Positions 1-10,682 are shown, counted from the stretch's first letter. The stretch: DNA of 64,000 bases from Promethearchaeota archaeon (GCA_019058295.1 JAHPZI010000015.1:32001-96000); one strand, 5' to 3'. Program-made: numbers and translations. Notes: a model not told the origin generated them from the letters alone.

Positions 1-2
1 AG

Positions 3-1181
3 TTGCTCACTGCACCACCATATGATGTTATATCAGAAGAAGAACTCATAGAAATGAAAAAATATCCTGAAAATATTTGTCATGTAATTCTTCCAGAAAC
101 ATATGATGCTGCTGGTAAAAAATTAGATGAAATGATATCTGAAGGAATTCTGGTTACCGAAAAAGACAGATGTATCTGCATTTACGGAATAGACTATACA
201 AGACCTGACACTGGAGAAAAAATAAGCAGATATGGATTTGTCGGTCTTTTAAAATTAGTTGAAATATTTCCTTCTAATGACGGCGTCATACCCCATGAAG
301 CAACGTTCAGAAAGTATACAGAGGATAGATTACGAATAATCCAAGAAACAGATAGTAATTTTTCTCCTATTTTCACAATTTACGATGGAAATGGTACAGC
401 TGAGGAACTTTTTAACAAGTACATTAATAAAAGACCATTTCTTGAAACAATTGATCGAGATGGTTTCACGCATAAGATCTGGGAGGTTTGGGATACAGAT
501 GATATAAAAAGATTTCAAGAAATTGTCAAGAAACACGACGTAATTATTGCTGATGGTCATCATCGATATATAACTAGCTTGCAACATAGCAAGCAGGGAG
601 GATGTAATTATATTATGGCTTTGTTCATTGATTTTAATGATCCAGGATTAATTATTTTCCCAAATCATCGATTAATTCATAATCTTCCAGTCAGTTCTAT
701 AGAAGAATTTAAAGAAAAAGTTAACAAGGAATTTGAGATTGAATTTATCGAGGATATTTCTGAATTTAAAAGAAAAATGGAAAAACTTATCGGTCAACAT
801 GTTTTTGGAGTCTATTATCTTAAAAATTATTTGATTCTTAGGTTAAAAGACGATATAAGACCTGAAGAATATATGACAGAAATCGAAGGATCAACCGAAT
901 GGAAAAATTTAAACCTTCCAATATTACATAATATTCTACTTAAAAAATGTATTGGAGTTAAAATGGAAAATATATCATTTATTAAGGGATTAGAGAAAGG
1001 AATAAATATTGTTGATGAAAGAGAGGATATTGATGCTCTTTTTGTAGTAAATCCACCATTATTGGAAGAGATTCAAAAAATTACTAGTTTAGGAGAGATT
1101 ATGCCACAAAAGAGTACATATTTTTTTCCTAAACCTCTCTCAGGCTTAATAATACACCGCCATTCCAATGAAATTGAATAA
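3..1181 (+). CDS. DUF1015 family protein (ParB/Srx-like fold), 5'-truncated by the window edge
   Basis: APPYDVI, IPHEAT, SPIF, IADGHHRY, HRLI and MPQKSTYFFPKPLSGL are DUF1015 motifs; the frame is open from the window start. Confidence 0.85.
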   Translation: MLTAPPYDVISEEELIEMKKYPENICHVILPETYDAAGKKLDEMISEGILVTEKDRCICIYGIDYTRPDTGEKISRYGFVGLLKLVEIFPSNDGVIPHEATFRKYTEDRLRIIQETDSNFSPIFTIYDGNGTAEELFNKYINKRPFLETIDRDGFTHKIWEVWDTDDIKRFQEIVKKHDVIIADGHHRYITSLQHSKQGGCNYIMALFIDFNDPGLIIFPNHRLIHNLPVSSIEEFKEKVNKEFEIEFIEDISEFKRKMEKLIGQHVFGVYYLKNYLILRLKDDIRPEEYMTEIEGSTEWKNLNLPILHNILLKKCIGVKMENISFIKGLEKGINIVDEREDIDALFVVNPPLLEEIQKITSLGEIMPQKSTYFFPKPLSGLIIHRHSNEIE

Positions 1182-1345
1182 ATTTCCATTATAACTTTAA
1201 TTTTATTGTTTTTTTAATCATAGTAAATCTAGTTCTGGCTAAAATTCTCAGAATTTATGCATTGATGTAAGTGTTTTAATTAAGTAAAATTAAAAAATAA
1301 ATAAAAAAAAGAAAAAATATAGTTTTTTTTAATAAAAGAAAGAAA

Positions 1346-3475
1346 TTACACATAATTTTTTTTGAGATCATTTAGTTTAGATATAATCTCATCGCTAATA
1401 TTTCCCACAACTACTACATTACCCATAGATTTTATCTCTTTAATAAAATGTGCAAATTGATGACGAGCTGGACCTGGGGGTAATTTATCCATATTATCTT
1501 CTAATAACGCACCTAATTCATCGGTTTTTATTCCACCATTAATCTTTCTATAGAATTCATTAAATATCCCATCTATTTCAATTTCTTTTGTTCTCGATAA
1601 TGTTTTACTTATAGATTCAGAAGGAGTACTTGGTTCACCAGAACTATCTCTACCTAAGACTAAAACGTGAGGTTCAGTTCTAGGATAATCTCCTGTACCA
1701 GAGCAATTATAATTTATACTTATTGATTTTCCACCTAGTAATTCCGGAATCTTTATTTTTACCTCAGATTCTTTGCCTTTTTCATGAATAGTACCTATGG
1801 GAGGTGAAAATTCAGTTAAAGCAAAACCAGAGGGAATATCATCCGTTACAACAATATTTTCTAATTCGACATCTCCCTTATTTTGGATTCTAACAGAAAT
1901 ACTAAACTCTCCTTCCGAAAGCCCTGGTTTAACACTTTTAAGTGTTTTAAGCTTTCTCGCAACATATTTGATTTTTATTACAGGTTCTTCAGGAGGACTT
2001 ATTATAAACTCTTTACCTTTTATCAAAACATTTGCTTTTACCTCTACTGGTGTATTATATCTGGCTTCAGGCTTAGGATTTCTTGCTAGAAGAGGATAAC
2101 TCATAGATATTTCAGAATTTGGTGGAACTTGGCTTTTTAAACCTTTTAATCTAATAGAAATTATATGTTTAGAATCTGGATTTTGATCATCTGGATTAAT
2201 CCCAATCGCTTCAATGAATTCTTCCTTATTTTGAATTTCAGCAACCCCTTCCATATTTTTTACCTCTATTTTTAAATCTTTATTAATAAGAGGGGGAACA
2301 AAATCGGGGGGTATTTCATCTATTATTTCAAGATGATCTATGTTTGATGTTCCTAAATTAGGAATGCTATTCACAATAGTCATATCAGTATTAGCGTATG
2401 CGGCTACTTCAGGAGGATTAATCGTTTTATGAATTTCTATGCTTAAAACGTGATAAATGGTTGGTTCCTTTATAATCTCACCTATTACTCTAGTAATTAC
2501 TCCAAATAATGGTGTGAATTCAATTTCAGATGCTAAATCAGGTACATTTTGACCATCAACAAGGAAATCTTTTTCCCATGACTGTTCGGGATCCAGTTCA
2601 ATATTAGGGGTTTCAGAAACAACATTTTCGGAGCCCGTAGGGATATTATGGGAAACTTTAACATTTTCAAGTCGTACTTTAAATTCAGAATCATTAATAA
2701 ATTCGACATTACAATCCCAAGTTGCGGGATTAGATCCTTCCTCTCTAGTAACTCCGCTCATTGAGTCCGTTTCTCCTCGCACTTCTGGTTTTATCATAGT
2801 TAGTATTTTATTATCGATTAAATAATTGACTCTCAAATTACCTAAAGTTTGGTCCTTTCTTTCCTTCACATTAACTACACAATACACCTCAAGAGTGGCG
2901 GTTTCTTTTTGAGGTAAATTCTCTATTTTCCAAGTTAATATCTTTTTTCCTTCTTCTTGTCCTAATTCAGCATTTCCAAAATTAGGGGATTTAATTTCAA
3001 TATCTTGGAGAAGTGGAGGCATTTCTTTCGTTACTGTTATTTCAGTGAACGGTATTTCCAAGGTATTTGTAAGGTCGATTTTTAAATTGCATTTATTTGT
3101 GTTCTCGTAAAGAAATGCGTTATTAATTTTACCTGAAATATCTCTTTCAGCATCAAATGTTTCAATGACTTTTAAGCAAGGCTCCTTTAAATTTTGAATT
3201 TCATATTCCTGTTTAAATTCCTGATCAGGATTTATGGCACCTACATTTAGCTCTTTACTTAAATTAGTATTTATAGTTTCTTTTAAGTCGCAACTTAAAT
3301 TCCATAGCCTACTTTTCTGAGATGTATTTTTAATCAATAAAGTCCCTTTTCCTTTAATCTCTTTTATATCATGTGCACCAGTTGCCCCTATCTCTGTTGG
3401 GGATAACACTGTATCTTCATAATCAGTTATATCTATAACGATTAAATTTTTTAATTCGCTCATTTTTTTAACCAT
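1346..3475 (-). CDS. Large beta-sandwich protein with tandem DUF11/Ig-like domains and a C-terminal helical domain; no signal peptide (start may be ATG 3463)
   Basis: 709-aa ORF; recurring pattern 'N.G...v.v.D.iP..F' (IPNLGTSNIDHLEIIDEIPPDF; IQNKGDVELENIVVTDDIPSGF) and 'LTWKIENL'; no hydrophobic N-terminal segment. Confidence 0.6.
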   Translation of the reverse strand: MVKKMSELKNLIVIDITDYEDTVLSPTEIGATGAHDIKEIKGKGTLLIKNTSQKSRLWNLSCDLKETINTNLSKELNVGAINPDQEFKQEYEIQNLKEPCLKVIETFDAERDISGKINNAFLYENTNKCNLKIDLTNTLEIPFTEITVTKEMPPLLQDIEIKSPNFGNAELGQEEGKKILTWKIENLPQKETATLEVYCVVNVKERKDQTLGNLRVNYLIDNKILTMIKPEVRGETDSMSGVTREEGSNPATWDCNVEFINDSEFKVRLENVKVSHNIPTGSENVVSETPNIELDPEQSWEKDFLVDGQNVPDLASEIEFTPLFGVITRVIGEIIKEPTIYHVLSIEIHKTINPPEVAAYANTDMTIVNSIPNLGTSNIDHLEIIDEIPPDFVPPLINKDLKIEVKNMEGVAEIQNKEEFIEAIGINPDDQNPDSKHIISIRLKGLKSQVPPNSEISMSYPLLARNPKPEARYNTPVEVKANVLIKGKEFIISPPEEPVIKIKYVARKLKTLKSVKPGLSEGEFSISVRIQNKGDVELENIVVTDDIPSGFALTEFSPPIGTIHEKGKESEVKIKIPELLGGKSISINYNCSGTGDYPRTEPHVLVLGRDSSGEPSTPSESISKTLSRTKEIEIDGIFNEFYRKINGGIKTDELGALLEDNMDKLPPGPARHQFAHFIKEIKSMGNVVVVGNISDEIISKLNDLKKNYV

Positions 3476-3580
3476 CGTGTATTAGTGTCTTATGTTATAT
3501 TTTTACGATAACATTTTAGTAATAATAGTCTTAGTAAATATAAACTTATGCAAAAAAAAATATTTAAATAAATCATTTTT

Positions 3581-4429
3581 ATGAGAGACAATGCGTCATT
3601 TTGGAAAATCGTTGAAAAGTATAATAATCTAATGAATTCCGCAATAATAGGTCCTAATTGTGTAGACTCTAACATTTGTAGAGGTGATTGCTGTTCAATT
3701 AAGATTGATATACCTATGGTTTTAGCTAAAGAATATATTAAAAGAGGCTATGCGAAGAAAAAAGATTTTATTAGAAGCGATGTTTTTAGCTTTCAATTGA
3801 GGTTTGATGAATCTACAGGGAAATGTTTTTTATTCGATAATGCTATTAATGGGTGTAAAGTACATAATTCTGGGATTAAGCCTCCACAATGTTGGATTTA
3901 TCCCACAAATTTCTCTAATCCTGAGAATAAAGAGATTAGTTGTAAAAGAGCAAAAGGATGGAAGATAATTAATTCTGAAAAAACAATGAAAGCAGAAAAA
4001 TTGCTTCAAAAATATGTTTTTTTATGTCGACTTGAAGCAAAAAAAGAACTAAATAAGGTTAACAATAGAATAGGCAAAAACCAGACGGGGGATTCGAAGA
4101 ATATTATTAAATATTTAAAAAAAAGATTAAAAAAAATCCCCCCGAGTCAATTAGGCGGCTTTCAAGATACTTGGGATCGTTTTCAGGTATTATCTGCTGA
4201 AGGATTATCATTACAAATGAAAAAGTTTTGTAAACGTATCAATAAAGAATGCCCATATCGTTCAGCTGACTTTTTAGAATGTAAAGCTATTTGTGAGAAA
4301 ATTGCGAATGAATTAATTATTTTTTTACATAGTAATATAGATAATTATATAAAAAAGGAAGGCCCTGATCCTGAAGGTAAGTATCCGTTATATAAATTAT
4401 TTAACTTCGTTAAAGATTTTGAAGATTAA
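3581..4429 (+). CDS. YkgJ/CxxCxxCC-type cysteine-cluster (Zn/Fe-S) protein
   Basis: C..(x4)..CRGDCC, GKCFLFD, GCKVH, KPPQCWIYP; additional C-terminal Cys cluster. Confidence 0.7.
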   Translation: MRDNASFWKIVEKYNNLMNSAIIGPNCVDSNICRGDCCSIKIDIPMVLAKEYIKRGYAKKKDFIRSDVFSFQLRFDESTGKCFLFDNAINGCKVHNSGIKPPQCWIYPTNFSNPENKEISCKRAKGWKIINSEKTMKAEKLLQKYVFLCRLEAKKELNKVNNRIGKNQTGDSKNIIKYLKKRLKKIPPSQLGGFQDTWDRFQVLSAEGLSLQMKKFCKRINKECPYRSADFLECKAICEKIANELIIFLHSNIDNYIKKEGPDPEGKYPLYKLFNFVKDFED

Positions 4430-4493
4430 TATGCTCTCAGTCTCAACAAAAGATAATAAGACTGTTAGTAAATTAAAAAAAAAATTTAAATAA

Positions 4494-5306
4494 TTATTCC
4501 CGAAATTTTATATTCAAATCATCTTTTGCCCAGAAATAAGTAGTAATCATATAGAAACCAAAGTAAATTCCTGATATTTCAATTAATCCATCCCATAAAC
4601 ACATCATAATTGCTATACCAATCGGGGCATTGTGCCAACCAGTAGCTTCTTTTCCAATTTCGAATGTATCCGCTATTAGTATTGGTCGAACACCAATCAA
4701 CCATCCTACAAGATTAATATAAGAACCAATTATAGCTAAGAAAATAAATGATGCGAGCGGATATTTAACATCTTCATAGAATTTTAATGCTATAATAAAT
4801 CCTACAATGGTAAAAATAGAAACAAATAGTATCGAAAATAATGATACAGCTCTTCGGCTAACAGTTGCAGATTCTTGGCTTGATATAGTGAATAGAAGTA
4901 GGATTGATGCTAATATAACGAATACTATTGTCAAAATTATAAACTCTTTATCTCTTTTAAATGCTAATAATTTAGCAAAACTATACATTAACACCGTTGG
5001 AATTCCCCCTTCGATTGGACCTTGTAAAAGGGCTGTAGTTGGATATTTTATTTTTATTGACCAAAATAATGTTGGCGGTTCATACCAAGTTCTCCACCCA
5101 ATTCCTTGAAGGATTAATTCGAATATAATCCATAAAACTGAGCTGGAAAGATAAATCTTCCAAAATGCTTCTTCCTCATATTTATACTTTAATATTATTG
5201 ATAAAATTATGAAGATTATGGTAAGAATAAGATATGAGGTAAAATCTATACTCCCCGAATAATATCTTCCAAACCAAATATTTAAATCGCCAGGTTTAAC
5301 TTCCAT
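4494..5306 (-). CDS. Multi-pass membrane protein of unknown function
   Basis: About 7-8 hydrophobic segments; ATG at 5306 follows a GAGTGA SD-like element that contains the ORF-track GTG start (5315). Confidence 0.7.
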   Translation of the reverse strand: MEVKPGDLNIWFGRYYSGSIDFTSYLILTIIFIILSIILKYKYEEEAFWKIYLSSSVLWIIFELILQGIGWRTWYEPPTLFWSIKIKYPTTALLQGPIEGGIPTVLMYSFAKLLAFKRDKEFIILTIVFVILASILLLFTISSQESATVSRRAVSLFSILFVSIFTIVGFIIALKFYEDVKYPLASFIFLAIIGSYINLVGWLIGVRPILIADTFEIGKEATGWHNAPIGIAIMMCLWDGLIEISGIYFGFYMITTYFWAKDDLNIKFRE

Positions 5307-5466
5307 TTTAATCACTCTATTTCATATATTGATAGTTAATAATGATGATTGATAATTAGTGATGATCAAATTTGAATATATGATATCACATACATAATAC
5401 ATTACTATAATACGAATATCCATATAACATTTAAATATCATAAAAAGAATACTTTTATTTAAAAAA

Positions 5467-5832
5467 ATGACGTTAGTTAATAAAAATTTAATTGAATTGA
5501 CGAAATTGGTTTTTTCTGAAAAATATGACTTTATAGCAGAACCACAAAAAATTAAAGGTAAATCTGGAAAGATTTGGACTTTTGATGGTCTTGTAAAAAA
5601 TGCCACTTCATTATTCGGAATCTTTATTAGAGACTGGAAAAGAGAAATAAGTATAACGCAATTGCGACAATTACATAAAGCATGTTTAGATGTCCCAGGT
5701 ATAGAAGGGGGAATTATGATTTGTAATATAATCTCCGATTTTTCTCGTGATTACTCGAATCAATTTGGAATCCAGCTTTTATCTAAAGGGCATTTGATTT
5801 CGAAACTAAGAACCCGCCAATTTCAATATTAA
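5467..5832 (+). CDS. Stand-alone Mrr-cat/restriction-endonuclease-like PD-(D/E)xK fold protein, active site probably degenerate
   Basis: GKSG...FD motif, then 'WKREISITQLRQL', GGIMIC and FGIQLL follow the Mrr_cat pattern; the expected (E/Q)xK reads F-I-R. Confidence 0.6.
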   Translation: MTLVNKNLIELTKLVFSEKYDFIAEPQKIKGKSGKIWTFDGLVKNATSLFGIFIRDWKREISITQLRQLHKACLDVPGIEGGIMICNIISDFSRDYSNQFGIQLLSKGHLISKLRTRQFQY

Positions 5833-5872
5833 TTAGCAAATAGCAAATGGAAAAATAACACGCTAATTAGAA

Positions 5873-6754
5873 CTATATAAATCCACTCGTTTTCAAGCCA
5901 CCTTCCATCCAACTTATCAATAAATGTAAACCAATAATATTCTCCTTGGTATGGATTGTAGAATTTGGAATGTATGTTTCGAGATATTTTGATGCGAGAT
6001 ATTCTATAGATGGATTTTCGCTATACCATTGTATTAATGATTCTTTTACCTTAAAATAGAAGTCCTGTAGCTCATCTAGCAATTTATCAAGAGTCTTATC
6101 ACTCAACACTCCAAAATGTGCCATAGATACTGAATCAATATCTCCTCTCATGTTTCTTAGTCTCTTAAAAGTCTTTAAGAGTTCAGATTCATTAAATTCG
6201 GGTGGCATTATGTTTGGTGCAATAGTGTGTTCATCCCAAAAATACAAAATTGAATCACCAGTGAAAAGGTTTCTATTGTTTTCGTCTAAAACAGCAATTG
6301 AGTCTTGAGTATGCCCAAAGAAATTCAAGACTTTCAAATCCAAACCATTTAAATCGATAACATCTCCTTCTTTTAAAGGGGTTATATCTCCTTCTATAGG
6401 TGGTATCGTATAACCAAATGCCTCATTCATTATTCTTGGATCTTTTAAATGTTTTATGGCATTTTCAGACGCAAGAATTTCAAAATCCCCATTCAATTTT
6501 TTCAGCTTTTCACATGCCTGGACATGGTCCCAGTGGCTGTGTGTTAAAAGTAATTTTTGTATTGGAAATAAACCAAATTCTTTTAATTTCTTTACTACTT
6601 TCCGAGACGCTAACGGTTCGCTCGTGTCAAACATCATACGTTCTCCACCATTTTCAATTATATAAATGGCCATTGTGCCTGGCAAACGAAATAACATACC
6701 ATCAATGAGATATGTATTCTCATTAAACTTTCCTTCATCAGTAATTTGTCCCAT
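5873..6754 (-). CDS. MBL-fold metallo-hydrolase
   Basis: THSHWDH (HxHxDH), GHT, LFTGD, AHFG; SD GAGGT upstream. Confidence 0.9.
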   Translation of the reverse strand: MGQITDEGKFNENTYLIDGMLFRLPGTMAIYIIENGGERMMFDTSEPLASRKVVKKLKEFGLFPIQKLLLTHSHWDHVQACEKLKKLNGDFEILASENAIKHLKDPRIMNEAFGYTIPPIEGDITPLKEGDVIDLNGLDLKVLNFFGHTQDSIAVLDENNRNLFTGDSILYFWDEHTIAPNIMPPEFNESELLKTFKRLRNMRGDIDSVSMAHFGVLSDKTLDKLLDELQDFYFKVKESLIQWYSENPSIEYLASKYLETYIPNSTIHTKENIIGLHLLISWMEGGLKTSGFI

Positions 6755-7048
6755 TTCATTACCTCTTGTTTTTCGATTTATTATAGATTTATATTTTTTA
6801 TAGATTTATTTAAATATCTTTATATAAAATAAGCTATGTCGAATAAACTTAAAAAGATATATGTTTTTTAGAAATCTAAATTACATTTCTGTTAGGATTT
6901 AGAAGATTAGTGTTAAATTTTAATTGGATAATTCATAGTTTATAAAATATAAATTAAAAATTTTAAAAATTTACATTATTACTAAAATTTATTAGTTTTT
7001 ATCATAAAATTAAATTTGGAATAGTTATTGTTAAGGGATTGAATTCAA

Positions 7049-7597
7049 ATGCAAGATGCTGTGTTTAAACTGTGTATATTCGGGGACGGGGGAGTTGGAA
7101 AGACAACCTTAGTGAACAAGTATCTTACAGGAGTATTTAAAAATTCAACAATGACTATTGGTATAGATTTTCATATAAAAACACTATTAATTGACGGAAT
7201 TAAAGTAAGATTGCAAATATGGGATTTTGCGGGTGAAGAACGTTTCAGATTTCTTTTACCAAGTTATATAGTAGGAGCTTCAGGGGGGATTTTTATGTAT
7301 GATATCACAAGATTTTCAAGCTTAAAAAACTTAAACGATTGGTTAGATGTACTTAATCATGGGGCGTCAGCGATAGAGAACCAAATCCCTATTTTATTGG
7401 CGGGGGGAAAGGCCGATCTTGAGGAAAATAGAGCAATTGATAAAGAATTAGGTTTTGAAACAGCAAAAGAAAATAACTTATGCGGTTTTCTTGAATGTTC
7501 TGCCAAAACTGGGGAAAATGTGGATCTTATCTTCGAAACCATTACTCGAAAAATAATAAAAAAAGCAGGAATCTTTGAAGTAAAACCAACTTTTTAA
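7049..7597 (+). CDS. Rab-like small GTPase (Asgard type)
   Basis: G1 GDGGVGKT, TIGIDF, LQIWDFAGEERFR, G4 variant GKAD, G5 ECSAK; no C-terminal prenylation Cys. Confidence 0.92.
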   Translation: MQDAVFKLCIFGDGGVGKTTLVNKYLTGVFKNSTMTIGIDFHIKTLLIDGIKVRLQIWDFAGEERFRFLLPSYIVGASGGIFMYDITRFSSLKNLNDWLDVLNHGASAIENQIPILLAGGKADLEENRAIDKELGFETAKENNLCGFLECSAKTGENVDLIFETITRKIIKKAGIFEVKPTF

Positions 7598-7796
7598 ACT
7601 AAATATAAAATATAGATAAAGTAGAAACTCTTTCTTTGATGAACAATGCAATCCATCTTATAAATGCTAAGTTTGATTTAATAAAGGACTATAACCTATA
7701 GAAAATAATTAAAGATCTCTTTTTTCTAAGAAAACCTTTTAAATAAAAAACCAAGATACATTTTAAATCATATAATAAAAAAAGTAAAGGGATAAA

Positions 7797-8528
7797 ATGA
7801 CTTTAGAAAAAAATAATTCAAAAGAGAAAAACGATAAGAGTTTATCTTATCCAACTTGCCATAAATGTAATAGTATAAATTTTTGCACGGTTGGAAGGGC
7901 AAGTAAAATATTAGATAATTGTCCCATGAAAATTTATCCGGAAGTTCAAAAACAAGCAAAAGAACTTTACAAGACGGATGAATTTGTGAAAAAATCAACA
8001 GGAGTTGCATCTATAGTTGAGGCGACAGGTTATATCCACTGGCCTCGCTTAAAAGATACAGTGGAATATGCAAAAGGAATGGGTTATACAAAACTAGGAA
8101 TGGCATTTTGCGTTGGTATGCTTGAAGAAGCTAGAAAAATCGCAGAAATTTTAGAAAAATATGGTTTTGAAGTGAGTTCCGTTTGTTGCAAAACGGGGAG
8201 CGTAAAAAAAACGGCTGTAGGAGTCCCAGAAGAATTTACAATGTTTTCTAAAACGGGCTATACTATAGGCTGGATTACTTGTAATCCTGCAGCCCAAGCA
8301 TTACTTTTAAATAAAGTTAAAACGGATATGAACATAATCGTTGGGCTCTGTGTGGGTCACGATATAACCTTTACTCACCTTTCTGAAGCGCCTGTTACAA
8401 CATTAATCGCAAAAGATAGATCGATGCCTCATAATCCTGCGGGAGTTTTATTTTCTCACTATGGTAAGGAGTTCTTTTCTCGTGAGTTTAAAGAACTGAG
8501 GAGTAAAGAAATGAAAAAAAAAGGCTAA
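7797..8528 (+). CDS. DUF1847 family metal-binding protein
   Basis: N-terminal CxxC...C...CP, KLGMAFCVG, VCCKTGS, CNPAAQA, GLCVGHD, LIAKDR. Confidence 0.88.
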   Translation: MTLEKNNSKEKNDKSLSYPTCHKCNSINFCTVGRASKILDNCPMKIYPEVQKQAKELYKTDEFVKKSTGVASIVEATGYIHWPRLKDTVEYAKGMGYTKLGMAFCVGMLEEARKIAEILEKYGFEVSSVCCKTGSVKKTAVGVPEEFTMFSKTGYTIGWITCNPAAQALLLNKVKTDMNIIVGLCVGHDITFTHLSEAPVTTLIAKDRSMPHNPAGVLFSHYGKEFFSREFKELRSKEMKKKG

Positions 8529-8575
8529 TCTCCCATATTTTTCATAATTTTTCTTTTTAGAAAAATATAATTTTA

Positions 8576-9067
8576 TCATAGACTAGTTTTTTGGTTAGAG
8601 ATGCTTCTAACTTTTTTTATCCATTCGGAGAATTCGGGTAAATTTTTTTTAAGGTTATGTATAGGTAAAGCATTTTTCTTTTTACTGACCATTAGAGAAT
8701 CTTTAATTTCTCTAGTGAAATCGTTAAAAGGACTGAGATCTACAATAATTTCATTTTTCAAGTGTTCTCTATACAAGTTGAGAAATTTATGCGCAATTAA
8801 TTCTAATTCATAATTAATAGTTCTTGAACCAATATTTTCATTGGAATTTGCAATAAATAATATATTTTCTTTCTTAAGAATTCCAAAACATTTATATCCA
8901 AAATTTATACTTGTAATCTTCGTTTCAATAATCATTTCAGCAACTTTATTTATGGCACACATTAGACCTCCAAAAAGTTGATCATCAATCTTTTTATTGT
9001 AAACTCGATGATATAAGACAATTCCTGAAATGTCAATTATCCAAATATCTTGTAAAATATTAACCAA
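8576..9067 (-). CDS. Longin-like domain protein
   Basis: 'IWIIDISGIVLYHR...DDQLFGGLMCAI' opening and 'KFLNLY...FNDF' helix resemble Asgard longin domains. Confidence 0.65.
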   Translation of the reverse strand: MVNILQDIWIIDISGIVLYHRVYNKKIDDQLFGGLMCAINKVAEMIIETKITSINFGYKCFGILKKENILFIANSNENIGSRTINYELELIAHKFLNLYREHLKNEIIVDLSPFNDFTREIKDSLMVSKKKNALPIHNLKKNLPEFSEWIKKVRSISNQKTSL

Positions 9068-9341
9068 TTAAGAACCCTTTTTTGTAGATTGAAAATTTTA
9101 TATGATATTCGATCCTATAAAATTTTTGTTTATTTGATCATAAACTTAATTAATTTAAAGTTATGGTATCATTTACATGATTTTATAGCGGCAGCACGAA
9201 CATAATTTTAATCCTAAATAAATTCAATATACCCTACTGTCTAAATAGATAGAGAAAATAAAAGCTACTTTTGAGAAAGATTATTATATAAATTTTTGAA
9301 AAAAAAAAATATTTTAGTGAAAATGTTATTTTATTTTGTCA

Positions 9342-9740
9342 CTATTTCTTTTCCTCTCGTAAGTAGAAATAAATGTCAACAACAATGAGTATACCAACGA
9401 CAATCATATCCATAATTGCGCTTGATAAATTAGCTGCTGTATATCGCACATATGTTAAAGACACAATATCTAGGATCTCTAACATAATAAGCCATAAAAT
9501 CGCAAGTTCAAAGACGATTTTTACATTCTCCCATTCTCCTCTCTTAACTGCGATCAGAGCAAAAATCCCAAGAATTATAATAGTTCCTCCCCAGAGTCGC
9601 AAAAGAGGGGGATTTCTATAAACAGCATTAATTAAATCAGAATATAACTCTGGAATCACCAAGAAAATACATCCATAGACAAAAGCAACGATGGCGTTGA
9701 TTATTAAAATAATTTTCATCTCTTTCGACAATTCTGCCAT
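9342..9740 (-). CDS. Small four-TM membrane protein
   Basis: Four hydrophobic segments; AGGTGA SD upstream. Confidence 0.7.
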   Translation of the reverse strand: MAELSKEMKIILIINAIVAFVYGCIFLVIPELYSDLINAVYRNPPLLRLWGGTIIILGIFALIAVKRGEWENVKIVFELAILWLIMLEILDIVSLTYVRYTAANLSSAIMDMIVVGILIVVDIYFYLREEKK

Positions 9741-9966
9741 TCTAATTTTTCACCTTTTATTATTTTTAATAATTTTGAATTTCCTTTTTTTTCAAAAAAA
9801 AAATGCAAATATCAATAAGTTAGATTTTTATATAAATCTTCTTACAAAACTGTCGATATGATAGATTTATAAGAGCCTTTTTGATTGATTAAATCATTTT
9901 AAACTATTTTTATTATAGTTTAACAAGGTATAACGAATAAAATAAAAATTTATCTAAATTTGAATA

Positions 9967-10545
9967 TTGATTAAGATAATGAGAATAGCGATTGATATCG
10001 ATGGCGTTTTAATAGATTTAATGGTAACTTATTGTGAAATTTTTAACGAGAAATATAAAACTGAATATACCAAAAAAGACGTTAATAATTGGGAGTTTTT
10101 TAGAGATTGGAATATTAGCGAAGAGGAATGTTTCGAAATATTTTATCAATTATATGAAAATTCGATGCCAGTTCCTTTTATTGACGAGAGCGCTCCCGAA
10201 TATATGAGGAAATTAAATACTTCGCACGATGTATACATCGTTTCAGCGAGGGAATCTCAGTATAAAGCTCAAATCTTGAAAAAGCTCAATTATCATAATG
10301 TTAAAAAAAAAATCCAATATATTGACCTAATTTTACTCCATCATAAACCATACGATGTGAAAATAAACCAAGATTTTGATGTATATGTAGACGATAATCC
10401 AAACTTAGCAAAATCCATTAGCAAGGTGAAGGAAAGATATTTACTTCTATATGATCAACCCTGGAATCAGAATTTTTATTGTAAGGATAATGTTATAAGA
10501 GTTTTTAATTGGAAAGAAGTATATGAAACGATTAATGAGTTCTAA
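9967..10545 (+). CDS. HAD-superfamily 5'(3')-deoxyribonucleotidase (NT5C-like); start may be ATG 9979
   Basis: IAIDIDGVL (DxDG), IVSAR, YVDDNP, DQPWN, RVFNW. Confidence 0.85.
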   Translation: MIKIMRIAIDIDGVLIDLMVTYCEIFNEKYKTEYTKKDVNNWEFFRDWNISEEECFEIFYQLYENSMPVPFIDESAPEYMRKLNTSHDVYIVSARESQYKAQILKKLNYHNVKKKIQYIDLILLHHKPYDVKINQDFDVYVDDNPNLAKSISKVKERYLLLYDQPWNQNFYCKDNVIRVFNWKEVYETINEF

Positions 10546-10682
10546 TTAAACAGCTTATAATTTAGAATTAGATTAGTAAATAATCTGCATTTTTATGTAT
10601 ATTCTCTTCAGCTATATTTTATTAACTCAAAATTTAGTTCTAAACAAGTATTTGCTTGGGATTTTAAAAAAAAAATTAGGAA

